Assembly: GCF_003334385.1 (NCBI RefSeq)
Contig: NZ_QOWN01000020.1
Length of the DNA stretch: 64,000 nt
Reading direction: 5' to 3' (one strand)
From: Escherichia coli
GTDB taxonomy: Bacteria; Pseudomonadota; Gammaproteobacteria; Enterobacterales; Enterobacteriaceae
Shown here: piece after piece, positions 63,916 through 64,000 of the stretch
Position numbering within the stretch: the stretch's first letter is position 1
How the letters are laid out: each line of letters opens with the position of its first letter
Notes under the pieces: model-generated
Database searches by the model: none
Told to the model about the DNA's origin: nothing
What the model saw: only the letters and a program-made list of their open reading frames with translations
Made by a program: the position numbers and the translations under genes

Positions 63916-63943
63916 TTGTCAGACCGGAATAACTCCCTATAAT
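63916..63943 (+). promoter_or_regulatory. rRNA operon P1 promoter (rrnA-like): TTGTCA-16bp-TATAAT with upstream AT-rich UP element and GCGC discriminator
   Basis: TTGTCA at 63916-63921, 16-bp spacer, TATAAT at 63938-63943, followed by GCGCCACC; AT-rich tract 63888-63910; window ends before the 16S gene. Confidence 0.8.
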
Positions 63944-64000
63944 GCGCCACCACTGACACGGAACAACGGCAAACACGCCGCCGGGTCAGCGGGGTTCTCC

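Overview
This window reads as a contiguous, syntenic stretch of Escherichia coli chromosome (K-12-like), running from wecC in the enterobacterial common antigen (ECA) cluster to hemG and the rrnA P1 promoter. I found no evidence of a novel or undescribed system: every ORF of credible length matches a known core gene, and there are no transposases, phage genes, CRISPR arrays or unexplained gene-sized gaps. All identifications are from reading the sequence and ORF translations against remembered protein families; no database search was run, and the GC comments are by eye.

Gene order: wecC-rffG-rffH-wecD-wecE-wzxE-wecF-wzyE-wecG (ECA operon, tightly coupled), yifK, the argX-hisR-leuT-proM tRNA operon, aslB/aslA, the sRNA glmZ, hemYXDC (minus strand), cyaA (TTG start), cyaY, yifL-dapF-yigA-xerC-yigB, uvrD with its LexA box, yigE, corA, yigF, yigG, rarD, yigI, pldA, recQ, rhtC/rhtB, pldB, yigL, yigM(bioP), metR/metE, ysgA, udp, rmuC, ubiE-ubiJ-ubiB, tatABCD, rfaH, ubiD, fre, fadBA with a FadR operator, pepQ, yigZ, trkH, hemG.

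The ORF track picks the longest upstream start, so several starts were trimmed to the known N-terminus (aslB, hemC, dapF, uvrD, corA, yigF, yigG, yigI, recQ, yigL, ysgA, udp, ubiJ, tatA, tatD, fre, fadB, yigZ).

The observations most worth a second look are modest:
- a perfect (GCAGGT)x11 tandem repeat encoding a (Pro-Ala)11 tract at the HemX C-terminus, likely length-polymorphic;
- the AT-rich yigF/yigG islet of small membrane proteins of unknown function;
- the AT-rich aslA-glmZ intergenic region;
- the unannotated 460-bp cyaY-yifL gap;
- REP/BIME clusters.
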